From Azolla caroliniana (lineage: Eukaryota; Plantae; Polypodiophyta), in NCBI GenBank assembly GCA_043228905.1, contig JBHGNT010000007.1:1116001-1180000 (forward strand): a stretch of 64,000 nt of DNA, written 5' to 3'. The notes under the pieces are model-generated. The model was not told the DNA's origin. It worked only from the letters and a program-made list of their open reading frames with translations, and made no database searches. The position numbers and the translations under genes are program-made. This document shows positions 48,179 to 60,378 of this stretch, piece by piece. The stretch's first letter is position 1, and every line of letters starts with the position of its first letter.

Positions 48179-50317
48179 GTTGCACACTATGTGGAAATTA
48201 TATTTTTGTCCCTCCGGATAGAGAATGGAGTGCTCGGTGAGAACCGGAAGAAAACGGCATACCGGCAAGGAAGAACCGGATAAAGAGACATAAATGTAAA
48301 AAAAAGGAAATACTCACTACTGCGCAAGGCGTGATTCAAACTCTACACCTCCACGTTGACAAACCCCAACCTTACCATTACATTAACTTATCTTAAGTGT
48401 TTTAAATATAGATTTAATACCTATAAGACCTTTATTTATGCATACCTTTATTAAAAGGTAAATCGTGTATTTTTTTTAATATATGAAAAAGAATACGAGA
48501 CACTAAAAATAACTCATGCACATCTAGCGTGCATGAGCCCTATACTTAGGAAATAAAAAAGCATCACATGCACATTTAGTGGACATGAACACTTTTTGTA
48601 AAAAAAGCATGAAGCCATGCTTAGCTCTTCCTTCCTTATATAAGGAGGAGAGAAATATATAAAGGGTTGTTGATTATTTGGATTAAGTATTAATCAATAC
48701 AAAAATTATTTGTGGGATTCACGATTTATACATCTACTTCTCTCTTAACACCTTAAGTACCAATTAATATAGTATACTCGTGTGATTCACGAGTTTCTTA
48801 TCTTTCTCTTTGCTATTTACTCATAATTAATCTCTATCTCACGAACTTCTTTCTCCTAGTCCAAGACCTCTGTGGTTCCCACCCGACTCACGCAACGATC
48901 CGGAGCCGAAAGGCACGACAACGCTCTATGGGACTGCCTAGAGTCCCATCGAATATGACGGGGGGTTGGCCGCTTATTGCAATTATGCCAGGTGCAAGGC
49001 TCAATCAAGTGGGGGAATGTATGTTGGCTATCATGGCAGGCCCTAGTTGACAAATATGAGAATTAGGAAGAGGGGATGACTTTGGCTATAAAAGCACAAG
49101 AGGTTTTTTTCTCCACCATCGACAATGTCCACTCAACTCCTATCAATGCCAAATCTCAAGTTGTGTTGGAATTGGTCAGCCCAATAACTCTTTGGATTCT
49201 ATGGAAACAACGGTGTAGATGGTTCTTCTCCAACCAAACCGTGCAACCAATAGTGTTAATGCAAGAGATATGGAGTGAAGTGGTAGTCACTCTAAAGAAC
49301 CAATATGATGGCCTCAAGGGTGACTCCGATGGAGTTGAAAGACAACGACTAGCCTTCATCCAACAATGGTCGTCCTCCCCCTTTATTGAGCCCATGGGGG
49401 TCCACATAAGATGGACCTCTCGTGTCCCTACAAGGATTTGTATATACTAATCTCATCTGTAAAATTTTATAACTAATGGAAGGAGTTTTTTTTGGAAAGA
49501 AAAAAAAACTTTAAATGAATTATTGGAATGACGTGGGAGACTACACATAAACAAACCATGGAAATATCAAGACATGAATGATACATTTGTCGTAGTTGTC
49601 TTATTGAACGTGTTTCATGCAAAATCCTATCCATTGCATTCAATATAGAGATAAACTCTAAGAGGTTGGACCATCATTGAATTAATTGAGTTAACTTCAT
49701 AAGCATGAGGTGTGAACATTCTTAAAGTGAATGGTGTTTTAATGACGACTTTTGGTCCATAGTAAGAAACTTTGTATCCTAATTAAAGATGGATCTACTA
49801 TTAGATTACTAATCTTAATGTACCATCATATATTTATTAAATATTGAATCAAATATTTGGCTACCATCAAGAGAACAAAATACTTGGAAACATTTTATTC
49901 TAAATTTAGAAATTTGAAATCATAACCTAAAAGGTCATTTTGAATCAATCTTAGAGAGCATGGTAAATGTTAAGACTTTAGAATTGAAGTACTTGTTTAT
50001 AATCCACCGTCTCAATCTTGTGCGATAGTTGTTTCTTGATTTCTTCCTAAAACATGAATGAGTTTCCAAAAACAATGAATTTTGTTTTGGCATTTCATAA
50101 AGTAATGGTTGATAGGCTCTCATATGGCTCATCAACACTTTCATAGAGAGCAAGTCTCATGTTTATGCCTAGTTTAAAAGGTTATTATAAAATGTGATAT
50201 ATGAGTAGAAGAGAAGCTTTTAAAATTACCTATTGTATAAAGGTTACCCACACTTGGTAAAACAAAGTCTACTTTTTTATTATTTTACTTTAAAACTTAT
50301 CAAGCTTAGATGCCACG

Positions 50318-50382
<65 letters not shown>

Positions 50383-51789
50383 GGGGTGACTAGAAGCTAT
50401 GGTTGGGGTACCTTTTACATTGGGACCACAGACCACATCCACATCGAAACCTTTTGACCTCCCGCTTCTTTTCGAGAGACTTGGATGGAAATGAAACTAG
50501 GCCTAGTATAAAGCTATTTCATTGTAGAACATGTTTTTTATTTTACTAGAACTATTTAGATTATGCTCTATTTTTATTTTTACTTTCGATGAATGGGTAA
50601 ATATCCCAAATTTGTTGTAAACCGATTGTCTCATGGCCTTAGAAGAGGTTAATATATCTTTCTTTCTCTCTCTCTCCATCTCTCTCTCTATATATATACG
50701 TATGTATGTATGTATATATATGTATGTATGTATGTATTTATGCAGCTATATATTTTATTCCTTTCGTGCATATGTATATAAAACAAAACGAAAATACAAA
50801 AACTCTTTGTCCTTACTACAATGGTGAGAATCTTACGGCACGAAAAACCCTATAAAGTATTGTAAGACTAAGCGATATAAAGGAAAATCTTATGAGGAAA
50901 AACTACCCACAAAACTTAGTTGCAAAGAACTCCCAAATCAATTTTCCTTCTAGCCAAAAGATCTATTGTGACGGTACTCCATGATAATCGCACAATTATA
51001 TATTCAAGACATCAACTAGTTATAGAGCATTGTCAAATCAATTCACATGCAAGACATAGTAAAATGTATGATCCTTATAAATAACATATGGCAATACCAA
51101 CGAAACAAGACATTACATTTGTAACGATACATTAAGAACAAATGTGAAGATGTTTTTCTTTACTACTCGACCATGTTTCCATTTGGCATCTCATGATGTT
51201 GATTTCTGATGTGATTCCGATGTACTAGTGAGTACCAAGGATATCCTCGTGATCATTATTATTGTATACGCATTGAAGAGACATGATAAAGTATTCGAAT
51301 CATTGTAATTTGTAAGCATAGGTTTGTCGACATTGCCTTTTGCTTCCTAACATTATTTTGTAGGTTATGTATTGTTTTTCCACCGACATGTTTCCAATTT
51401 GAATTAAAATCTTTAATGTTAAAGAAACATACTCCACGGGTGCAAACAGTGGATGGACAATGCATTTCAATTTAACCCAAGGCACTGAGTTTTACAAGGC
51501 TAGAAGGCTACACAACTCCCTTGACTACATAGCATTTATGGTTTTAGCTACTTCAACTAAGCGTCCTCATAGGTGAGACAATAGTACACTTAGTTACATT
51601 CTTCTACAGAGACACTCGAGCATCATTCTTCTACAGAGACACTCGAGCATCATGGCCTTCGCTAAGTGTATGTAAGAGAGTGTGAAATGGTGGCCTCTCA
51701 TTAAGTGAATGTAATAAATAGAATGCAATCTCTAGATTTCTTGGTAGCCGTTAATGGTGGGGCCAAAAACTGTGGTGTGTGTTTCTCTC

Positions 51790-51966
51790 ATATACATACA
51801 GACATACACTTATACACACACATACATACATACATGCACACACATATACACATATACATACATACATACATACACACACACATACATACATACACATATA
51901 CATAAATACATACATACACACACACACACATACATACATACACACACACACACACATACATACACA

Positions 51967-52000
<34 letters not shown>

Positions 52001-52095
52001 TACATACATACATACATACATACATACATACATACATACATACATACATACATACACACACATATACACATATACATACATACATACATACATAC
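51790..52095. repeat. Compound (TACA)n/(CA)n microsatellite
   Basis: Directly visible. Confidence 0.95.
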
Positions 52096-52248
52096 AACCA
52101 TGCATATGTTCCCGGCGCCATCTGTGAGTGATTGTATGTGTTTACATATTTTATAGAGGAGATAAATCCAGAGAGGAATTCCAGAGGGACATTGAACAAC
52201 GTCTGCATCAGCTCAGTAATCATCAATCCATCTCAGCGTTTTTTAATC

Positions 52249-52550
52249 ATGGCCGCTTACAACACGACGAGTGCCAAGAAATCGGATGATCAATCTGTGA
52301 TGAAGCAATCCTCTGCTCCTAATCACAAGCATGTTCTCTCGGAAAGCAAGAAGCAGAACACTTGTGCTTGCTTGATCAATAATCACACTATTAACCCTAA
52401 TCCCGCAAATCATGTAACCCTCTTCAAAGCTCAGAAGAATCTTGAATCGGACTCATGTAATAACAATCCCTCTCAGATCAATCACCATGGTTCCTCCGTT
52501 TCTACTTCTAGTGATACCAGATCAAATGTCACGGGGTTTCCTGCAGGAAG
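52249..52550 (+). CDS. Possible first coding exon of an unidentified host gene
   Basis: ATGGCC start, open 100 codons of Ser/Asn-rich sequence, ends at a donor-like GAAG|gttagt. No downstream exon identified. Confidence 0.3.
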
Positions 52551-52639
52551 GTTAGTGATGGTGATATTCTCTTCTCCCTGTCTTCTGTGTTTATAATGTT
52601 TTAGCCTTTAGGTAGAGATGAACTGAGTTTTTCGCTATT

Positions 52640-52850
52640 TTCACCGGAATGCCCCTGAGTTTTTGTTATTCTCCCAAATGCCCCTCGGGGGTTTATGTAG
52701 AAATTCATATGATGGTCCAACTCATCTCCCCTAATGCTTTATCTTTTTGGGGGTTGAGGAAAGTGTGTGTATGTCTAAGGGCATTTGGGGAGATAATGAA
52801 AACTCCCCGAGGGATTAACCGAAGGGCATTCGGGGAATTGTCTAGACACA
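52640..52850. repeat. Small foldback/MITE-like element
   Basis: ttattctcccaaatgccc (about 52666-52683) pairs imperfectly with gggcatttggggagataa (about 52779-52796); outer gaatgccc / gggcattc. Confidence 0.4.
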
Positions 52851-55800
52851 TTCCCAGAGATGCCTACAACAACTTCGTCGTTAATCAATTTTCATGGAAC
52901 TTTATAATGGAATTGATGGACTCTCTTCTATTGATGTGTTGATGGTAGTAGGTACAATAGCCCTACAGATAGCCTCATCTCACCCGTCTCCAAAGGATTG
53001 CTCAGAAGAGGCAAGGCTAGAGCTTATCATTATTTGAGGAGCTCACCTCATGAGCCCCTATCACATGTCTCATTGGTTCCACCCAAGGTACCTACATAAC
53101 AACATTCTTCTCCATTAGATGAGGACAAAGTTCAATAGATTTGCTAACAAATTTCCTGTTCCTTGTGTGCATGGGCAGGTATTGGACCATTCCTATGACA
53201 TTTGACAAAGCCTGATGTTTTGGTCTCAATTTGTCTATACAAAGTTTGGCTATTCCATAGCTACAACTACAAGTAGTACTACTACTAGAATATACTAAAA
53301 ATGATTCCATGCCTAAATATATACCACTCCTTTGGAACCATCAATCAATGATGGTTTTTTGTCTTTCTTCCTTTAAGGGAAAGGACCTTCTTAAAACCAC
53401 CAAACATGGTTCCTGTTTTTTGTAAGAAGTATTTTTTGTATAGAAATTGAGATGTTTGGAACTCTTTTTCTCTGGTGTAAATGCTGAAAAATGTGTGATT
53501 TAAAGTTTCCTACTCCCCCATGGCTTCTTACTTTTACTTAGGTCACCATAACAATCAATTTGGCAAATGTGGTTAGCTCACCATACCAATCAATTTGGCA
53601 AATGTGGAAAAATCAATTGCCCTTGCACTGCTCTATAAAGCAATCTATAGTGCTAAGTTTTAGATTGTTAATTATTGCTTAAGAAATCCCTTCTAGGTAT
53701 CATTCTAGGTGGATATGTTAACAATCTACACTAAACTTGAGCAGGATGACATTGATGATACCTTTTTTTGACTTTGTAACCATACCACGAGCCTTGAGTC
53801 ATGTATGTGAAAACTCTCTTTTTTAACACTTATAAAACAAGTAACATGTCATGTTAACATGTACTTTAAAAAACTCATAATGTGTATAATTGTATTATTA
53901 CATGCTCAAGTTTTACATAAAAAGAGAGATCTTACTATAGACCTTTGAACACACGGGATATAATTGGGAGATGTTAGAATAGACCATTAAACCCACGTGA
54001 TGTAATTTGGGGATCTTAGCATAGACCTTTGAACACACGTGAGATAAGGGAGATCTTAAAGTAGACCTTGAAAAACCTAGTTTGTAGGTAGCTAGCTAAA
54101 TTAAAGAGAATCACATCACACCCAATAGCGACATACACATATTCATTCCCTTGTGGTATCTACCATGTTTCTAACAATGAGTAAACATTAACAATGAACT
54201 ATTAGAAGAACCCCTAAATCCTAATATGTTAGGACACCATACACAAGACTCAATCTCAATGAGATCAAAACATTTTGTGGACCATGAGACTTCTCAATTA
54301 TAGTCCCTTATGTAAAGTTGCAATCCATATCTTTAATGTGGCTATAGAGATAGCAACCTTGATCATTTGGAAGTATGCATGTTTTTTCGAATATTGAACT
54401 TGACTTATAATCAAGACAATATTGCGCATGTCCAAATGGAAGCATATGTAAATAAATGCTTACTTTAAGCTTTCAAATGTTAGATCTTTTCCTCTTTAAG
54501 TTAGTGTAAATTATTGGTTCTATGTCGGCTGTGTAAGGGGCAACACAATCTTTCATTATTTCATGATTTACTTGTAGTAAAGATTCGTACATCCCAATAA
54601 ACATTATGCATTACAAAAATGTGGTATCTACTAACCTAGAAACAGTTCAAACAATGTTGGAACCATACCCACATGTGATGAGATTCCATATCCCAAAAAA
54701 TCCACTTGGTTGCAATAAAAACTACATTTTTCTTGTTTGGCATAGATATTAGAGACCATATTCCCACAATCGTCAAAGAACTTGATGAATATGGCCATTG
54801 TGTCACCTAGTTATATTATGATGATAATGCCTAAAAATCCCAAAAATATTATTTTCCATAGAGCAACAAAAATGGCCATATTGAGTGTGGAAACAATATT
54901 TCATTGGTATCCTAGAAGAATCCAAACATAAAGAAGAATTTATGACTCATGAAGTATTTCACTACACACATAAGATATTCCAAGAGGGTTAAAATCAATG
55001 GGGAGCATATATGTTTTTTTCAATGACTTTGTTCAATCCTTGATAATCCACATGAATAAAGAGAATTGTTTTTCTTCTTAGCAAAGAAAATGGGTGCACC
55101 ACCAACGGCTCTTGTTTTTTAGATAAATCTATTCATCAATTTCTCATCAATATGTTCTTGAATATATTGCAGCTTCAATGGTGACAAATGATTAATTTCC
55201 CCTTGGTGGATCTGGTTAGGAATGTAGATCAATTGGACAATAATAAGGTTGATGTTTAAGCTTTAAATTGGCGTTCCCCCAATCAAACAACTTTATGAGC
55301 TCAAGATAATTTACTTATAACTTGGCCTCAAATTTCTATAGTCTTGAAAGTTAAGAGTATCTAGCATTGCAAAATATAGAAATTTCTTTGTTCGGTCCCT
55401 CTTTGCATAATCTCCATTTGAGAAATAGTTGAGTTTTAATAAGATGTCTAACCTAATATTGTCGAAACGAGTGACTTAGGGGGAGCTATTTCACATATAC
55501 TCAACCTTGATTACTAGCATTCTAACCAATCTCTAAATTATGAATTTCAAACAAAAGGAAAGAAAGACCAATGCATGTTCAAGACAACTAATAATGTTGA
55601 AGAAGACTCCACATGCAAATTACTAGATTCAAGTGAACTAATCCAAAATCTTGATCTATACATGGAACCTTATTCAAGATAATTTCTTTTATGACAAAAA
55701 AATGTCTATCGGTGAAAACCAAGTGCAAGGTTTACAATTGTAGGGAATCGATGCAAAGCAATTATTTTTTGAGGCATATGTATGCTCCAACTTGGGGCAT

Positions 55801-56711
55801 GACATAGTGTAACAATAATCAAACACTTGGCTATGACCTAAGGAAGTGATTCAAGATCTCCATGAAAGGTTAAAGTAGATATTCCACATTCTTGCGAACT
55901 AGCCCATATCAAAATTGATCCATTAACATTTTTTTTTATCGTAATAAAATGTTCACAAGGTAGGAGGCTCAACCACATGTCTTGTTTGGAAAACCCATTA
56001 GGAGAAAGGTGGGTATCTACATCCATCTTTGACATTAATGAATGGTTATTGTCTTTATATTAAATGAAATGGAAATTTTAGACATCCATCAACCCTTCCC
56101 TCACTACTAAATTGATCCTAACTTATATGGATACTTGCATAGGAGTTCTATATTGACCATTCCTCCTATATTTAAATGAGATCCATTTGGTATTTCTCTC
56201 TCTCTCTCTTGCTTTCATGACTTTGCGAATTAACATCCACTATTTATTTAGAACTATTCCATGATGGCGATACCCTTAATTGCTCTCTTTTGGAAATGTT
56301 TCATTTCAACAAAATTCTGAATCCTAGTAAGCATTTAAGTCAAGATAGTCTATTCTCCTCCAACGTGACCTAAGCAAGAGCTTCACAGTGAGTAAATGCA
56401 TCCAACATCACCCTCGATAGTTTCTTATATTCCCATCTTGATGATTGTGATATCCCACATAACATTGTGTTTTATTCCTAAAAATTACTACCCTAAAGAC
56501 CTATTCGTGGGCATATGATAAGAAATTTATCACTATTGTCAACACATTCGAGGAATGCAATCCTTAGTTTGTGGGAGCCATCTTCACATCAAAGTGGTGA
56601 AGTTCCAAAAAACTTTCACCAACAAATCATTGGTATACATTTGCACATTACCAAGTCCAGGTGCAAATGGGCAACATCAAAACGTTTGGAAATAATAACC
56701 TCCAAATGTTA

Positions 56712-56888
56712 GCTATAGGTACCTAATTACATTAAGTAATCATTTTGAAAGGATATGTATGTAGTTTCATGTTCTTGAACTCAGTCAGAGGGCGATTCCC
56801 CAATTTATGTATAAGCCACCTTGTATAGTCTTTCTGTAATAATCTCTCCTAACTTATGGGAAAATAGCTTCTTTTTGGGGAAAAAAAG
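56712..56888 (+). mobile_element. Short 5'-truncated copy of the LINE 3' UTR
   Basis: Homologous to the reverse complement of 60379-60553; A tail; TSD cctccaaatgtta at 56699-56711 and 56889-56901. Confidence 0.85.
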
Positions 56889-56997
56889 CCTCCAAATGTT
56901 AAGAATCACTTACTAATCAATAGACCAAATTAAAGTAAAAGAAATGTCAATAGATCAGAAATGATCATGACATAGGCAAACTACCACCAGTCCCATA

Positions 56998-57037
<40 letters not shown>

Positions 57038-57707
57038 GATAACTAGCTCTTTAGAAGAGGTAACACGATAGTCCCGGTGAAATTGTTGCTTGCACCATTA
57101 GTGTCTCAAGTAATCAACCTTCCAACATAATGTGTTTTATGACGGTAGTTAGGCCTCATGCTTACATTTCTTCCTAAGCCCCTTGAATAGATGTACTTTT
57201 CTAAAAGACTCTCTATTCATTGATTGTCATGATCATGATAATGCATAGTCCCTCTATCCAATCACATTAGCTCCTTTATAACATTAGTGAACACGCCCTT
57301 CACTTATGGTTTGTAAATACTAGTAAGTTACTAACCTACCCTCACCTACATTATGCATTGTCATGTTGCCAATATGTAGTACATGATGGGGAACCACCTC
57401 CAAAGCAAGTAAGTTATCTATTAAAAAAACAAACATAAAGAGCAAGTTTTTAACTCAATACCCCCTCTTTGAGGAAATGTAACTGTTACCTTTTATTATT
57501 ATTAAGATAACTATTTTATATGTTAAATAAACATTCTTATATATTTATAGTCCATGTATTTATTGTATGTTAGCTAAGCTGCGAAAGCATGAGCGCTAAT
57601 GTGCAACGTGGTGACATGCTCTTAGCCTTTAATGCATGTGAGACCCTATAAAAGGTGCTCTCATTCTTATGTAATAAGTCGGAGGAGAAAAACAAAACAA
57701 TATCTAT

Positions 57708-57866
57708 CTCTATTGATCACTCGGTCGAAGGGTGGACGGACGCCGTCAATGCGGATAGTTGGTGCTATGTATGCACGAGAGGCAAAATCTCCTTATAGAC
57801 TCTATGTAATAATCCTTCCTAACTAATGGGAAAGTAGCTTTACTTTGAAAAAAAAAAAAAAAAAAA
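57708..57866 (+). mobile_element. Short internally deleted LINE copy with long poly(A)
   Basis: TSD aaaacaatatctat on both sides. 5' part matches LINE 60964-61043; 3' part matches the LINE tail. Confidence 0.8.
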
Positions 57867-58063
57867 AAAACAATATCTATGTGTCAAGAACAATAAAAGT
57901 TCAACGTGGCTCAAAAAATCTCGAAATGATTGTTGAAATTTGAGGTGTAAGTTCACATAAATGAATACAATCGAGTCTTTCTATTTGAGTATTTTTATTT
58001 AAGTCATTTAATATACATATAAGCTAGTAGTTTAATATAAATGAAATAACTAGATAAATTTAA

Positions 58064-58131
58064 GGATTGGTTTGGCCTGTTGGTGGAAATGACTTAATCT
58101 ATCTCAAAGTCTGCAGGTTCGAGACCTATCC
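58064..58131 (+). repeat. Degenerate tRNA-like (SINE-head-like) sequence
   Basis: TGGCCTGTTGG ... GGTTCGAGACC at tRNA-like spacing; no full cloverleaf. Confidence 0.4.
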
Positions 58132-59322
58132 TAGAAAATATTATCATTTCAAACCATCTTTTCATTCTTCCATTGCCAATTGCGGATATAGGCCTAGTGC
58201 TTGTCGGCGCACATGTGACACACACACAAACACACACACACACACACACTTCACAACAACATGCATAATAGGAAAGTTGTCATGGTAATTGTTGGTGGAA
58301 CATGAGGGGGTCGTTGAAGCGTAGGTCTTTAGAAAGGATGGTATCGGTTAGGTTGGAGTTGCGACGTTTACGTACGTGATCATGGGTGCGTTATGATGAG
58401 GGGAGGGGGACATAGGGTGATGTTATGGGGTGGGGAGACACGTGGGGCCAAGTGTGGTTGAGGTAGGTGGGAGTCAGAGACGAGGCAAGGAAGGGGAGAT
58501 GGGAGTGGCTGGGTACTGGAGATGTGCATGCTGACTTGTCACTGAAACATGGGTTTGCTAATGTCAAGGATATTGTACTCCTTAAGATGTGGGAGGGGAA
58601 GGCGAAAAAACATGAGAGGAGAATCGAGGAAGGAAACCAAGTTGTAGAGAAGCTTGGCAATGAAGGGGGGATGTGGGAGGAGCTATAAGGAGAAGGGTGG
58701 AGGATTCAAATGACACACAAGAACAGAACATTGGGTTCAAGATAATGTAATTTATGAAGAATTAGTTTGGAAAATGGGATATATAACATTTGCTTCATGA
58801 TGCAACAATAAGTTCTTCCATTAATGAGCCTCTCTCAATAGGCAAGGTATCACAACTTGGGAAAGATGTGTTTGGACATTACACCAAAGTACAAAACCAT
58901 ATTGTCCTCCAAATAAAAAACTATACTCATTTATACAGGCTAGAGCCCATCCTTTGGTCCACCATACATACAATTGCTTCCATACAATTTAGTTCATATT
59001 CTCTTTAATGTGAGACGGGGTATTGAGGCACCGATTAAGACTTAGGAGACTTGTTGATGCATATGTTTTCTTGAAAAAGCGTTGGGAATCAAATTATCAT
59101 GCTTTGATATGATGTCATGCACTCAACCACATTCGAGTTTTCTTTCCACACGTTGTCAATCGAGATTCGAGTGCACTCCCTACAAAATTACCATGTGTAG
59201 TTTCAATTGCAATGTGTATTAGTAAAATTCATGATTATTGCCAGTCACTACTTGATTCCACACAAACTACATAAAACGATTCGCTTTGAGTTCCATAGGT
59301 CATATATAACCTTCAAGGATGA

Positions 59323-59327
<5 letters not shown>

Positions 59328-59384
<57 letters not shown>
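59328..59384. repeat. (TC)n microsatellite; others at 10877-10921, 20137-20181, 50320-50378 and 57000-57034
   Basis: Directly visible. Confidence 0.95.
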
Positions 59385-59387
<3 letters not shown>

Positions 59388-60378
59388 CTCAATTTACACA
59401 TGATGCGAAAATGTTCAACACTATTAATATATCTAGATCTATCTATCAACCAATACATAGATGTATCATTGTATGTATAAACAATTTTATTTCCACCCTC
59501 AAAAATATTTCCTAAGAGAGAGATGACCGATTAAGGTCAATTAGTGAAATGAATAATAATCGTGGACATTTTGCAAAATAAAGAAAACGTTTAAGACGTG
59601 TCAAGGTTTTTCCCTTTTGTTTTTAGTTATACGAGGTAGGTTGATGAGGTACTCATAACCCTACACCTCACATACAAATAAAAGGACAAAAGTCAAGACT
59701 TTTTGAATAACAACGCCATTATGGCAAGGAAAATGATGCACAACAATAACAAAAGATAAACAGACAAGCTAGTCTTGTTGGAATATAGTTTTCCAACTTG
59801 GTTGTCATTGAAAATCGACAAGGTTTGTTGATTGTCCAAAACCACCCATATAATACATTTTTGTATATCCACTTAACATTGTGAAAATTGCAATCATTTT
59901 CATAGCTTTTTGTGATAAAAACCAATGTAAAATTAGCTAAAAACCCTATAAAATTATATAAAAAAGGGTACTCCACCATGAAAAAAAGAGAGAAAGATTG
60001 ATAGAAAGATTATATTTCCACACATAAGTCATGACATATTCATTGGTCAATTCTCCAATTCTCCAATTCTCCAATTCTACATATAGTTCTAAATTGTATA
60101 GCATTTGCTTGACAAACTCTCTTCAAAGTTGATTTGATTTGGAATATTGATACCCACAAACATCAATTAACTTAGATTTGTATTCCTTTCTATTTGAGAA
60201 CATAGAACTATGAGACTGTAACTTATAACAAAACATGTAGAACAATACCGTTTTTCAATCAAAATATCTTAAATACAACAAGGTTTACAACTAAATTTCT
60301 ATCCTAACTTCATCCCATTGTATATATATATGTGTGATGCTTTATTTCATATAAATTTCTTGTTCTTGAATCTTGTAC

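Larger units (their letters stand above)
41698..48920 (+). mobile_element. Young near-intact non-chromovirus Ty3/gypsy retrotransposon
   Basis: LTRs 41698-42498 and 48166-48920 differ by about 7 substitutions plus two extra 23-bp repeats. 4-bp TSD acgc. tRNA-Trp PBS; PPT at 48154-48165. Confidence 0.97.
41628..49507 (+). mobile_element. 5'-truncated LINE with poly(A) and 16-bp TSD, interrupted by the gypsy element
   Basis: TSD actttaaatgaattat at 41612-41627 and 49508-49523. Rejoined reading gives zf-RVT CVVC...ESIRHALWDC. LWILWKQRC motif; A-rich tail. Confidence 0.85.

Noticed and set aside
51705-52226. His/Thr/Tyr-rich and Cys/Val/Met-rich ORFs
   Set aside because: Translations of the (TACA/CA)n microsatellite.
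53920-54070. CRISPR-like repeat array
   Set aside because: A few degenerate tandem units without unique spacers in a plant genome; ordinary minisatellite. Same for the duplications at 51597-51650 and 53543-53608.
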